This document shows positions 49,415 to 62,798 of a stretch of 64,000 nucleotides of DNA, piece after piece. The stretch comes from Trichosphaerium sp. ATCC 40318. Taxonomy: Eukaryota > Protista > Tubulinea. Position numbers and translations under genes: made by a program. The notes below the pieces were generated by a model that ran no database searches, was not told the origin of the DNA, and saw only the letters and a list, made by a program, of their open reading frames with translations. Position 1 is the first letter of the stretch, and every line of letters starts with the position of its first letter. The stretch is from the NCBI GenBank assembly GCA_038496445.1, contig JALMLS010000540.1:124001-188000 (forward strand), read 5' to 3'.

Positions 49415-51043
49415 TTATATCCATATAGCAAGTGTAGACATTGCTATAAATCCCAAGAAAGCCACTAATCCATGTAGCAAAGCACTCCAAACACCACGTC
49501 TCATTTGAACGAAAATATCCGCCAAAAACATTTCAACAAGTCCAATATAAATGAACGTCCCAGAAGCAAGCCCAAGAAGAATAGCTTCTGTTAACAACCT
49601 AGCTGGTCCATCCAATAAACTGAGCAAAGTGCCACCAATAATAATACCTACCAGTAATCAGAAAAAACAATTAAAGAAAACACAAAAAAATCCTCAGTTC
49701 GATACAACGATTAACCACGCCATGGTTCCGTTTATTAAGATATGAAAAATATGCAAACAAACATCCAAGGTTCAAAATACAACGAAAACCCGCAGTCATG
49801 TCTGTGTACAGCCACGGGAATATTTTATTGTTTCAAATCAAAAAAAAAAACTGTACCTGTAGGTGTGCTTATGGAGAATGCTGCACTCATAATTGCTCCC
49901 CAATGCTTACATTTAGATTAACCAAAATAAGAAAGATATTCTATTTACATACCCAAAATGGAACTTTAGAAGTTACAAGGCTCACACCAAGAGCATATCC
50001 AGCAAAACCCTTAACAAAACTTTAAGCAACAAAAAAAAAGTTATCGTGATTTACCTTGTGAGCCACTATGGCCCCGAAAATTCCCCAACTCTCCCCTGTT
50101 TCTTTTAATGATGCGCCTAGAGAGAATCCAGCCAATATAGAATGAACTACAAGGGCCAACAACAACACAAAAGAGTGGCCAAGAAGCGGGTGTACTCGTC
50201 TTCGTTTTTCGGACCCTCCCAATACAGCGTCATACTGGACACTAGCATGTGATCGCAATAACCCATTAAGTTCATCAAGACCACCAAAAAAATCTACGAA
50301 AAAGGTTGTTTAGAGGAGCAAAGAAAAAGATAAAAAATGTAAAAAACTAGGAACTTTCATCAACTTGTTCACGTGATACTATGTCGATTCAGGTTACTTA
50401 CCAGCATGTTCATGAGGAGATAGCGCTTCAAGCGTAGCTACAATAATAATACTACCACCAATACACGCCAACCACCTACAACGAAATGTCAGAAAACAAG
50501 ACAACGTACCATGAAAAAAAAAGAAGTGAAAAAAAAGACTTGCCAAGGGTACGATGAGCATGGACCAACACAAAAATACACAGTATTGTTCTCAGAGTTA
50601 ACCATAGGTACAAAATCATCACATGAAGGCTCTACAAAGAGTTTTCTTTAGGTCCTGAGACATGGGTGATTTATTTCTTTCGATTACCTGAAAAATGTGG
50701 CCCAGTACAGTTTGAGTATTCTATCCAGTTTGCTATTTGGGCAAATATGAGGTGAGAAAACACGCTGAGTTTCAGAAAATAAGGTTAATAATTTTTTATC
50801 ATCAGAAAAAACCGTACACAAGCTATCTCCTGCCATATGCACTGTACCCGCGCTTATTAGAACGCCCGCCGAGAATTTAAATGTAAGAGATAGAAAGAAC
50901 CATAACAGAGCCTTTGGATCGGTCATAGGACCGCGTTGCTTTATAATAAATGGAATAATGGTACTAGCCATGCCAATCAGTAGCGTCAGTGCTGCATAGA
51001 GCATAATGTAGCCATAATCGTGGAGAAATGAACTTCCTGACAT
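49415..51043 (-). CDS. ZIP (SLC39) zinc/iron transporter
   Basis: FSAGVLISAGTVHM, LLLALVVHSILAGFSLG, AIVAHK, GLASGTFIYIGLVEM. Multi-exon. Confidence 0.9.
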
Positions 51044-51162
51044 AATTGCTGGCAAGAAAGCGTACTAGTTGATAAAAACGAACAACAGTGGCTATTGTTA
51101 AGCCAGACATTATGTCACTCAACATGTAAACAGTGTTTGATGTTGTTTTAAACGGCTGGTGA

Positions 51163-51186
51163 TCTTCCAGGGCAAACCCTGGAAGA
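51163..51186. promoter_or_regulatory. Perfect 10-bp stem hairpin in the divergent promoter between the ZIP and carboxypeptidase genes
   Basis: tcttccaggg-caaa-ccctggaaga. Function unknown. Confidence 0.3.
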
Positions 51187-51265
51187 ACAATGGTTTTGTG
51201 AATTAAACTTAAATTATTTTAGGCATCTCAGCTCAAATCAACGTGACGAGACTACAAGCGGTGAT

Positions 51266-54200
51266 ATGACGAAATCGTTGCTACCATACGTTCTTGTAGC
51301 GTGTTTAGCGCTTGTAGCCATAGCCGAAACGACAAAAGGCGCAAGTACGAATGTCCAAAATTATTTTTTTGCTTATTAACACGTCATCAGGCCTCTATCG
51401 CGTAACAATACCATTTGGTGTTCCTTTGCCGCAATCTTCGGCAGATTTTTCAATTATAAGCAAAGAAAAGCGAAGCATTGTTGTAGAGGCGTCAGAAGAT
51501 GCCATTAAAAAAATTGAGCACCATTACGAGATAAAACGTGAAGTTGAACAACGCTGGAGCCCTACTCTAAAAGTAGGCTACGTAAGCAACGCTGCTATTG
51601 GGGATATACTCCTAGCGATAGAACAACAGCATTCAGAATTTGCTAAACGCTTCACTATTGGTAAAAGTAAAGCAGGCGTAGATATCTATGGTATTGAATT
51701 TAGCAACAACGTACGCTAGACAACAGTATAAAATTAGCTCCTTCATCAACGTGTCATCGATGTGACGCAAGAAAATTTTTTTATTTTTCTGCTAATAAAG
51801 TTAAATCATTTTTCGTAGCCTGGTGTCCGCACAGAAGCTAAACCTGACTTTAAATATATTGGTAATATGCACGGTATGTATATGTACTTTTTGAGAGTAT
51901 CCAAACGACGCTTGAAACGTTTTAAAAGGAGTTTTCACTAAAAATAACCCGCGCTTTTTTGTTTTTGTATTTTTAATCTTAATTCTTTTTCTATTCAACA
52001 AAAACAGCTGAAATCTCAGAATATTATAAATCTGCGCCTTTGATATTAATGTGTTATATTACTATAGGTGATGAAGTTGTTAGTAGAGAATTATTGATTA
52101 ATTTCGCAAAGATGTTAGCCAACGAATACCATAACAATACAGAGGTCAAAGACCTCATCGACAATGTTCATGTGTTCGTCATACCAACAATGAACCCAGA
52201 CGGTAAGTGATGAGCGTCTATATTTCAAACAATGCCTCCAGACAAAAAAGAATTGTTGTTATTTTAAAAGCTAAATCACGTGATAATCAAAGAATACAGC
52301 AATTGCTCATAAATATTAGGGTTCGATCTTCAGCAAAGAGCAAATTCAGAAGGTGTTGACTTGAACAGAGGGTTCCCTGATCAATACACGTACATTAACT
52401 TTAAGAGCGTTATTTGTGTTTTTGGTGCTTAGTTCATTTTAGTGATCCTCGCTGGTCTTCATCTGGACGTGCACATGAAGTAAAGCTCGTTATGGATTAT
52501 TTACAATCTGAAGACTTTAAATGGACGCTATCAGCAAATCTACATGGTGGCGATCTAGTTGTTAATTACCCTTACGACAGTAAGTCTTTATTGACTTTGT
52601 TGGGTTTTTTTTGTTGTAGGAGTATTAACACTCTACCAAAAAGGTAACACCCGCTCTACAAGTGTGTATTCTGCTACTCCTGATGATGCCATATTCATAA
52701 AAGTATCTAAAGCTTACGCTCACTTGAATCCTGCCATGATGAGTAATAGATATTTCCGTGATGGTATGAATTATTTTCTTTGCTTTGCTAAGTATTGAAC
52801 TTTTTGTTTGTAACAGGTATTACCAATGGAGCTGATTGGTATGCTTTGAATGGTGGTATGCAAGATTGGAACTACTTGTTCCTTGATTGTATGGAAACAA
52901 CGATAGAAGTAAGTGGTTTTATTTGTTTTTATGTTAACAGTGAAACGAAATCGTATTTTTGGATATTAATTATAATGATTTAGGTATCCAAGATTTCTAA
53001 GTGGCCACCTGCAAGTGAGCTGCCAGGATATTGGTACACAAACACTATCATATTTATATTTATATTTTTACCTACTTCAGTGCTTTTCTCTTTGTTCTCG
53101 TGGAGAACCACTTTTAAATTGTAAACAAAAAATTTTACATTATGGTTTTTTTTTTTCGAATCACAATTGCTGAATCGGCTGGAACATTATTGTGAAATGG
53201 TCACTGTATTGAAGTCGTATATAGTTATTAGGCAACATTGCAAACACTTTTTCCAGAATTGTTGGCGTTTGTTTGCATTCACTAATTTTTTTAATGTAGG
53301 GATGATAACAAAGCTGCTTTGTTGAACTACGCAAGACAAGTTCAAAACTCTGGCATAAGAGGTTTTGTCCTTGATAAAGATGGTAATTCCATCAATACTC
53401 AAGGTGGATACGTTGAGTTACAAGGAAATACACATCACACAAAAATATATTCTGTACATAACAACTAAAAAAAGTACTTAGACCTCTTTCTAACTTCTCT
53501 TCTAGTCTGGCATGTTCATACGACTTATGGTCCCTGGTGTACATACACTCACAGTCAAGAATATCACCGGTTTTACTCCACAAACGATCGAAGTAACAGT
53601 AGTTGACAATACTCCTACAGTTGTTAACTTCACGCTTGAAGGTACGGCAATATTTTTTTTCTCTGAAAAACTTTTTGTTGTGGAAAAATATCTAAGGGCT
53701 TCTGACAGAGGAACAAGTACCTTCTGAACCTGTACCTTCTATAGTACCTACTAGTTTACCTACATCGACTCCTACTAGTACGCCTACATCGACACCAACT
53801 ACCAAAACACCAACGGCAATACCAACAGCAATGCCAACGGCAACGCCTACAGCAATGCCCACAGCAGCGCCAACAGCAATGCCCACAGCAATGCCAACGG
53901 CAACGCCTACAGCAACGCCTACAGCAATGCCCACAGCAATGCCAACGGCACCGCCTACAGCGCAACCTAGTAGCAGCCCAGTGTCGCTCACTGATGCTCC
54001 TACTGCGCCGACGGCTGCGCCAACGTCTGAGCCGCAAATCGTCCCTACTACCATAACTCCATCTCATAGTAGCATAGTACCTGTTAGTAGTGCGCCTGTT
54101 GGTTCTCCTGTTGGTTCTCCTGTCAGTACGCCCAAAAAGAAACACGAACGACTATTTTTGTTGCCTTCCTTTTTTTTACTTTGTTTCTCATATTGTTGTT

Positions 54201-54441
54201 CTTTTATAGCGTCATCGAACCTTCCTCCTTTGAGTAGTGATTCTTTTGAAGAGCCTCATGCTGTTGTTTATGCATTACTTGCGGTTGGAATACTTGTTGT
54301 TGTTGGCAAGTGCAAAAATTAGAAAAAAAAAAAAAAGATAGAGAAATGGTTTTTGTTGATTTTCTTTTTGTTGTTGTAGGCGTTATTCTTGTATGTGTTT
54401 TGATGCGATTCATACCACATCGACAGCCTTCATACAACTAG
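51266..54441 (+). CDS. M14 zinc carboxypeptidase (N/E/D subfamily) with transthyretin-like domain, PT-repeat stalk and C-terminal TM
   Basis: Signal peptide, [11 protein letters not shown]|[63 protein letters not shown]...[17 protein letters not shown], and [17 protein letters not shown]. Confidence 0.92.
53745..54035 (+). repeat. 12-bp-unit coding tandem repeat ([12 protein letters not shown]) forming a mucin-like stalk
   Basis: Arrays of ccaacagcaatg / cccacagcaatg / cctacagcaacg. Confidence 0.9.
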
Positions 54442-55233
54442 TGGATAATAATAATAAAAATCATCATAATGACGATCAAGAAGATAAAATAATAAACGTC
54501 ATCATACAAATCATGATCTTGTCTGATTCAACAAATAAAAAGAAATTGTGTATAAGTTTTGTACATACCAGAATTAGTCCTTTGTCCCTTGTCTCTTCTC
54601 GCTTTAGTAGCTACTATATCAAGGGTTGATGATTTAATACTTTTAAATGCCTATTTCATCAATGAGCGTAAGAAAACACCTTAGTTGTACAACTTAGTTC
54701 CTTCTTGTATCTATGAGTTTATTATTGCGCAATGGTTGCAGTACAGGCAACTGGTACACGTAATATTACTAACGTAAATACTTCATACTACATTGTAATG
54801 ACTGACAGATAGGTAGAGGTCTTGTGAGCATACTCTATTTTACAATAAGTATTATTGTGTTAAAGTAGTTGGTAGTCTATGTCTACTACAACGCTTGCAA
54901 AAACTGCCAAGAAAAGGAAGCATTGTAGTTTTGTTCCACTGTTTGTTCATTCTTACTTTTATTCCTCACATGCACCAGCGGTATAGTAGCGAACAGCGGA
55001 TGACCTGTAAAATCACATATCACGTGATCACCTTCTCGTGTGTGATAGAGAAGAATTACTTCAAATAAACTGAATCGAGAAAAAAGGAGCTCTAAACGTC
55101 ATGCGATGAATCTGGTTGTAGTTTCTTCAAATAATGGTAATAATCTGAAAATACTACGGCTCAAGAAAAGCCAAATTCATTTCACAGAACGTAGTCTTGC
55201 CTCTTTATTTCTTACTCACATAAAACACAACAC

Positions 55234-56038
55234 ATGGCAAAGCACGTTAAATGTATAGAAGCAGACGCATTCATAAGCATTGTACTACTAGGAGAGACCG
55301 GCGCAGGTTCGTTGCTCTTTTCTATCAAAACTGGTTAATATTACTAAAGGTAAAACAACGTTGGCGTCTCTTGACTGTTCCAAAGCACATGAACACGAAG
55401 TAGTCGATGTAAGCGAATTAGACGTATTAGCAGTATTAGATGATGAAAAGGAACTCATACGCGAAGCCTCAGGGATTGCTCTTGTATACGTACGAAATAA
55501 GCCTAAAAAACCAAAAAGCAAAAAAACGTTTAAGTATTTTCACGTGCCATTTTCTTTTTTCTTCAAAGTTTCACGTGACTAAGATATGCTACTGTAGGAT
55601 ATAACAAGTACTGCATCATTCTCAGCGATACCTATGTACAACACTATTTTAAAGAGGTTGGGTATAACAAGGCCTGTTTTTCTTATTGGGAACAAGAGCG
55701 ACTTGATTCTGAAGAGACAAGTTCCTTTAGAAACTGGCAAAGAATATGCTAATAGAAATAATATGAAGTTCTACGAAACATCTGCCTCTGATACAAAGTT
55801 TAAACCTTGCTTGACATCTATGATGAAGAAGGTATCCTCTGCACATAAAAAAGCACAAAGGAAGCCATCAGGGAAAGATAAAAGGTCAATGCTTACAAAA
55901 GCAAAACGAAAGTTGAGGTACGAAATAAACAAAGGGTTTTCTGGATTTGTTGGATTGTTACTTATGTAAACTAGTTTGACAAGACGTAAAAAAGCTTCTA
56001 TAACACCTACAAGGTCTTTGCGTCGTTCATCTGTGTAA
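55234..56038 (+). CDS. Atypical Ras-superfamily small GTPase
   Basis: Spliced: IVLLGETGA|GKTT (G1), IALVY|DITSTASF, LIGNKSDL (G4), FYETSA (G5). Basic tail ending LRRSSV*. Confidence 0.8.
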
Positions 56039-56257
56039 ATAAACAAAGAAAAAAAAAAGAAAAGATAAACTAATAAAAAACTAAAACTTGTAACCAACAG
56101 CTTGCTTGATTTTCTCAGTACTCAGCTTCACAAATTATCATCACAACATTCCAAGTGATACAAGTCAAAATCGTTAACACCTACTGTTCTGAAAGGAACA
56201 AACCGTGTAACGTGCATCTACACAATTAATTCTAAAAATAATTTATTGCATAACAAA

Positions 56258-57153
56258 TTAAACAGTCTCGAAAATCCATTGTTGGTTTCCGTTTGTGTTA
56301 CTTGAACTCCACAAGTACACGTTTTGTCCATTAGCTCCACCACCATCTCCATCGATAGAGTATGCAGGGGCATTTCTCTTTTCAAGTCTATATTTACCAC
56401 CGCCAAGAGACACCTTGGACACAAAAAAATTAGATTGAAAGGCCAAAAAAAAAACTATTGTACCTTCCTCCAGTGTTGGTTTTGGTTGCTTGTTCCACAA
56501 GCCCACAACTTTAGATTCTGTCCATTACCCCCACCGTTACCTCCGTCCAAGCAATGGTTAGTATTCTTCTTCCTGAGGGCGATAAAACCACCAGATATTG
56601 AGATCTCTTCAAATTGTTGGTTTACGTTTGAAGCTCCGTATTGCCAAAGATAGATATTTTGGTCGTTTGCTGCGCCACTGTCTCCGTCAAGAGCAAATCC
56701 GTTAGAGTTACCTTTGCGAAGAATAAAGGTGTTGCTGCCGCCGTTGAATATTGGTCGCCCTTGAAGCCAAGTAGTGTCCCACGTGACACCAATGTTATTA
56801 CATCCGCTTGGTCCCAGATCGGTTCTTCCAGGACAACCTGTTTCATCAGCAGCAGTGTTTGCTGGTCCATTTCCACATTGAATGTCATTGTAAGGTGGGT
56901 CGGTACCATCTCTGAATGCTGCGTAGTTTGGGTGCTGCTCGAGTTCTTCACAGATTGTTCTGATGTTTCTTCTTACGCCGTTAATGACATACCAAACTTT
57001 TGTAATGTCATCTAGGTCGTGATCGAAGCTAGAACGGCACCAGCATCTACCGCCGCGAGAATAGCTGTCAGTCCAAGATGGGTGCCTTGGGTTCCATTGT
57101 GCAGTAGTTACGGCAATAAAACAAGCTAGCGCAATCAGAATAAGTAAGTTCAT
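56258..57153 (-). CDS. Secreted Cys-rich domain + ricin-B-type lectin (QxW) protein
   Basis: Signal peptide, then WTDSYS..GRCWC.SSFDH...YNDIQCGNGPAN.A.DETGCPGR and three ricin subrepeats ending NQQF, NQHW and NQQW. One intron. Confidence 0.85.
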
Positions 57154-58234
57154 GAGTTGCGTCTGTTGTGTTGTGTTTTGTATAATGAGTCCTTTTTTGG
57201 TAAAATAACGTGTTCACGTGATTTTTTTCCGCATAAATTGTGATTCGATAGACCAACTACGCCGATGTAACGGTCCTGGCAATGAAAGGTTCGGCTGTAT
57301 CGGGTACTAATTACCCGTTATTTAATACGCGTTTGCCATGTCACGACATACTGAGAGAGCGAGCAGTAAACTTTCTTCTCTACAGGTTTTATGCTTTAGC
57401 ACAGAGACAAGATAAAATAAAGCGATACGTGGCAAGCGAGGCGCGTACTATCAATTTCTCCGGCAATAGTCCACTCTTTAGATAACGTCTGTCAGACCAA
57501 CTATGGACGGATGATGTTGTTCTAAAGAGAAACTGTTACTAGCGCGTTACTTTACAAGATACTTCCGCTAGTGCGCTAGCTACGAATTCAATATGAGAAA
57601 TGTTTTCCCTGTAATACGTAAGGGTAATCACAGTTTAACCAAATTTGAAGTGCCTTTTTTTTCATCGTTAAAAAGTAGTGAGAACATTCTTACGAGATAT
57701 CTCCAAAACTCGTTCTTATATCAATGGTTTAAAGTTCATAAACATAGCGCAATGCGCCAACCACGACTACAATCCAGACAAACGACATGTTGAAAACAAA
57801 TAAGGAACTTCTCTAATAACCGTTCCACTTTGTAAATAGGCCCACAAGTGGATGTTTAAATACGTATTTTTGTTATTGATACACCAACTCGTACATTATT
57901 GATAGTTAGTTGAGACGCATACGTAGTTGTAGTAGATACATTGCGAACAGCGACATGTGTCACTTCCACAGTTTGTAAATTCGCGTTATTAGCTTCAACC
58001 TTCATCCCCAGTCTAATCACGTGCGTTGAGTCTGTACCGTTAAATTAAAGGCAGGGTTGTACATGAAGTTCACAAGTTTACTACACCTAAACTTGCTACG
58101 AGAAAAGTTTTCTGGCTGACAACGTTAATATAAAATTGAGGATATTTTATTCGGGGTGTAGACTTGTTAAATAGTTGACTACTGCTCTACTAAGAAAAAG
58201 AATAAAAATTTTGGGTTTAGGAACTTCTGATAAT

Positions 58235-60736
58235 TCAGAAGTTGAACCTTCTGTTGATGTTATGATGAAGAAAGGTTCCGCTGTTGGATGCTATCTCTCT
58301 TATTTTTTCCCTGTTTTCTGAGAAGTCAGTCTTATATTCGTATTGCGTGACATCAACACAACCAGAATCAACAACTTTTTTCAACTCTTCTGGCATGAAC
58401 TTATCCATATCTAAGCTTGCATCGCCAGCATGTCTTATGAGATAAAGTAAACATTGTTTTCTCAATTGAGGAACATGTAATCGATCACAGAGCTCAAAAA
58501 GACCTAAGAAAAAAAGAAGAAAAAAATTAATCAAAGCACTGGAGTCCAATTAAAAGATTCTTACCTGCAGCATTATCATGGTCTATAAACTTAGATATTT
58601 CTTCTTCAGCCATTTGTTGTAACCTTTGTGTGCAATGAGCAATGAGAAGAAAATTAAACGGGGAAAATTAGTTGCTCTTTTTCGCTCACCTGACCAGTTG
58701 AAGCTGATTTGCAGCTTGAAGTAAATCAACTGTATTCTCACTTGTAAATTCAATATCAAAACCACTATTGATATATTAACGTATGATAGGATATACATAA
58801 GCAACGTACTACATGAACTTCAAGATGTGTCCAAAGATACCATAAGAAATGTCTGGTACAAAAAATTCTCTTTTTTCACTGTCAGAGTACTTTCCAGAAA
58901 ACATTGTGCTGTAGATCTCTGATGACATATAAAGCACAATAAGATGTGCCTTATATTTTTCTGTTATATTTGGAAACGTGAAAGTCACATCTTTTGTTGA
59001 TTCATCCAGGTACATGGCGTGAAGCGTTTTATGAATTAAAAGTTCTGGTGAAAGCCAAAAATTTGTTGCTTCTTCATGTTTCACGTATGCATCTTTTATA
59101 TCTCGCAACACTCCAGCTGTAGTTTTTAGACTAAATAGATGATGAGATGGAGCTTATACAATATCAAGAACCTAAATACTGAGTACACTTACGTCAGGTT
59201 GATGTTGTTTCGCTTTGCCATGATTTCATTGTTTTGAAGAGGAATATCAGCCATGCTTTTAGGGATAACCTCTACGACCAAATTAAAAGTAAAGTAACGA
59301 GGCGAACTGAAATACTTTCATCTCGTTTTTGTCTCTATAATTACGTACTGGATAACAGTGTTGAAAAGTCTTCGAGTATTGACACATCATTGGATTTCAC
59401 AATTTCTATTTTTTTCGATAAATGTAAGTCATGTGAGATGTGCGTAATTGTTGATAAGTTGGCACATGCCAGTTGCCAAAAGATAAATAGTATTCAATTA
59501 TTACCTCCGTACAAGAACGTCAATACAGCACTCATCTGATCGACATCAATCTCTTCATTTTGAATAAGATTTGACATTTTAGTTTCAAGTCCTGGTTCAA
59601 TTGACTTCAAGTATGCCTAAGATAGTCAGCCGCAAGTTCTTTTTCTAATTTTGTGGTGCACGACATACAGAATGAACGCGAAATGTCGTACTTCCAAGAT
59701 CAAAGGTTTTGTCAGAAAATACTTGTAAATTAAATAGTTTCTTAAATCTTTCTGAATACATTGGCTTGTCAACGACTACTGGCACTATACAACAAGAAAC
59801 ATTACATACCATTCAAAAATACCCAACATACCTTTGACAACCTCTAGCGCTTGTTTGATATACTTGAAAGCTACACATACATCAGAATACTGAGAAGACC
59901 AAATACTGTCTAATCGTACTTGAAGACATGATGTAGTCCGGAGGGAAAACCCAAGGATTATTAGCAACAGCGAACTCTGAGAGTTCTGTCAACTTCAGTA
60001 GAGTCAAAGGTACGTATGAAATCTTATTACTGGTGATGTAGAGTTTTCTTAGCCCTGTAAGAGATGATATTTTGGAAGGAAGCGATGTTATCAAATTATG
60101 TGAAACGTTGAGGTTTTTCAAAGTTGTCAGCGCTTCAACACCTTCCTAGAGAAACTATTTACTCTGTTGAATATAGGGAGACTCGGAGGTGGTACTATAG
60201 AGTCTATTGCGTTGCCTGAAATGTCTAAGAGGGCCAAACCAGGAAGTTTCTTTACAAACACGTTAAGAATCATCAAAATAGTGGTATTTACCTTGATTTC
60301 GGCGAAATTGGCGCTCTTGATGCCTATGTTGCGTATTTTTAATGTTGTCAAATTGGCATATTGGAATATATTGTCCTTTGGCGCTGGTAGAGGCTCTTGT
60401 AGTCGTTCAGGAGCATTACAAGCGCATGTAGCAGTTTTATGGTATGCTACGGTGCTGATTGTCATAGGATAGTATTCTATTACGGGCACCTACGATAATA
60501 CCGCGTTATAAGGATTTCTACGTTAAAAAACCAACTTCGTACTTCTCCACAAGAAGGACCATAACATGGGTCATCATCAGTATGGTAATGCACCACAGAC
60601 ATCGTTGTGCCGTTGATAAGCCCTTCAGCAACTCTTTACAATTACGTGAAACGCTAATAGGACGAATTTTTCCGAAAGATGAGATCAACTTGAGAATTCT
60701 TATTGCAGTGTCATAAACTTGCTTATCAACGAACAT
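58235..60736 (-). CDS. LRR + tandem BTB domain protein
   Basis: LRRs LKNLNVSHNLITSLPSKISSLTGLRKLYITSNKI...NNPWVFPP. BTB DVTFTF...YKAHLIVL...MFSGKYSDS and a preceding BTB (FSDKTF...FRVHS). The 5' end is uncertain. Confidence 0.75.
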
Positions 60737-61942
60737 CAGTGAAATTTTTATACGTCAAGGTAACGCTGAAGATAATCTCTTTGAACCTATTAACCACTCT
60801 GCCAATAAAATAGTTGACTTTTTTGATCCACAAGGCAGAAAAATTTTATCTAAAGTCAGTGCTTCACCAAGCCAAGAATGAGCTTAGGTTTCGCTATTTT
60901 TGTTTCTCCGCTTCAAAGAGCTTATTTCAAGGTGAATTGTAGGGCGTCAAGAGGCGCATTTCGTTTAGAAAAACGTGTTGGAAGTAGATCTGGTTTTACT
61001 GCTCTAAATATTTTTTTTGAGCGTCTCAGACAAGGAACGAACATCAAAACCTCAAAGTACTGATGCAGGTTTTCAAAAATAACTGCAGTGCTCTAAAATT
61101 GGCTGGGTGATGAATCAACAATGCGTAGATACCACTCCAGACACAAAAACAAAATTTGGTGTCGTTTCGGTTCGCTCGGCGTGATCTTGAAGCGAGATCG
61201 CGGAACGGTACGGAAAATTATATATCGCACTCTGCAGCGTATGTACGAGCGTATTTGATGATTGTAGAGCGAATAAAAAGGCCGTTATCGAAAAATTCAG
61301 AAGGAGAAATACACTAATCACTAACCGGTTTTACAAGTGTATTGTGATGGTTGCCTGAGACTTCTAAACCGAAATAGACTAATTTTCCGTGTTTTTAACT
61401 TAACAGAATCGATCGGAAACACTCGCTACGTCGCTAAATACGCGTCAGTAGTACATACAGTTCACTTATATCAGCTTCTACAATAATACATTTTTAATTA
61501 AAAACTTGGATACTTCACGATTGCTAGTGCAATTGGATGTTCTTACTTTTTGGCTTATAAATGTTTACGTTGTTTGTTTATGTGTCTTAAATTGCCTTAG
61601 GTTGAAAGTTAGAAAACTAATTTCAGTAACAGACGGGAAAGTGGATTATATTTTTAGTGAAATTTCAGGTTTTTTACATTAGTTTCTAAAGATAAGACCG
61701 ATTTACTTCACAACTTCACATCGTAGAATCCAATATCGAAATACAGACATTTGATATCAAATGATACTAATACGGTTCAATTACCTCAGGCAACGTATTT
61801 GATCGGGTTTTTGAGGAAGTGTACAAAACCACAACTTTTATTGTTGCAAAAAATACTAGGTTAAAAGAAAAATTTCGATGTCTATAGAGTGGAAGCACAA
61901 CAAATAACAAACAATACGATAACATCGATAACTTCCACGACT

Positions 61943-62218
61943 ATGTCAACACTCCTGCGATCAATCTCTAAATACGCTCGCAAAAAATATGATAAACTCA
62001 TGGGCAAACCATTGGTGATTAATGTCACGGTCACTGTCCCAACAACCATCCTGGTCTCTACCAAACCAGAAGAAATAGACACTTACGCCCTCACTTGGGA
62101 CCCAATGATAGAGAATATCTATTACCCTCCTACAGGCATCTCCAGAATGATAATGATATCCAGCTATGACAAAGAGCTAGCAAAAATGGCATTCGAAGGC
62201 GGAAGTCCAAGAATGTAA
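61943..62218 (+). CDS. Hypothetical small protein
   Basis: Intronless ORF with coding-like composition followed by an A-rich tail. No motif recognised. Confidence 0.3.
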   Translation: MSTLLRSISKYARKKYDKLMGKPLVINVTVTVPTTILVSTKPEEIDTYALTWDPMIENIYYPPTGISRMIMISSYDKELAKMAFEGGSPRM

Positions 62219-62798
62219 AAAGTAAAAAAAAAATAAAAACAGTTAAAAACAACTAAAAGATTCCAAAAACTGTTTTTTTGTACTTTAACCTGTGGACATT
62301 ATTTTGTGCACTTCCTTCTGATAAAATATACCTGAACTCTGCTTAGACTTTACAAATCTTTAATAATTTGTTCCCTGCCATCCAACAAGCTTGCAACAGG
62401 AAAAATGACGATTTTACAATGGTGATGAAAAAAAGAAGCTGCCTGCCAAGAGATAAGCTGCAATGTATTTCATTGTTTTTTGATACCTAAGAAACATCCA
62501 GGAAATTAGCACAATTTTAAAAGGCTTCATTGCCAGAAAGCGGTTTTACTTTTAAGTGGATGCAGAATACCTTCTCTAAGCGCTCATGAAGTACATGCAC
62601 GGGCCTTACACTAACGTGAACCTAGACCTTGTGATTTAAAGTGTAGCTGCTCAAACCGAGCAGCTCTCAGTTTGATATCCAATGAACTGGCCACAACAGC
62701 GCTCTAGTTGGCTACCCCAGTGCAACAAGTCTTCCTAGAATTCGACAAAAAACTCCAAAATCACAAAAAATTAGAAAACGACAACACTGAAGCACCTC

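Noticed and set aside
53692-54145. Cys/Arg-rich and Val/Gly-rich minus-strand ORFs
   Set aside because: Antisense shadows of the PT-repeat stalk of the carboxypeptidase.
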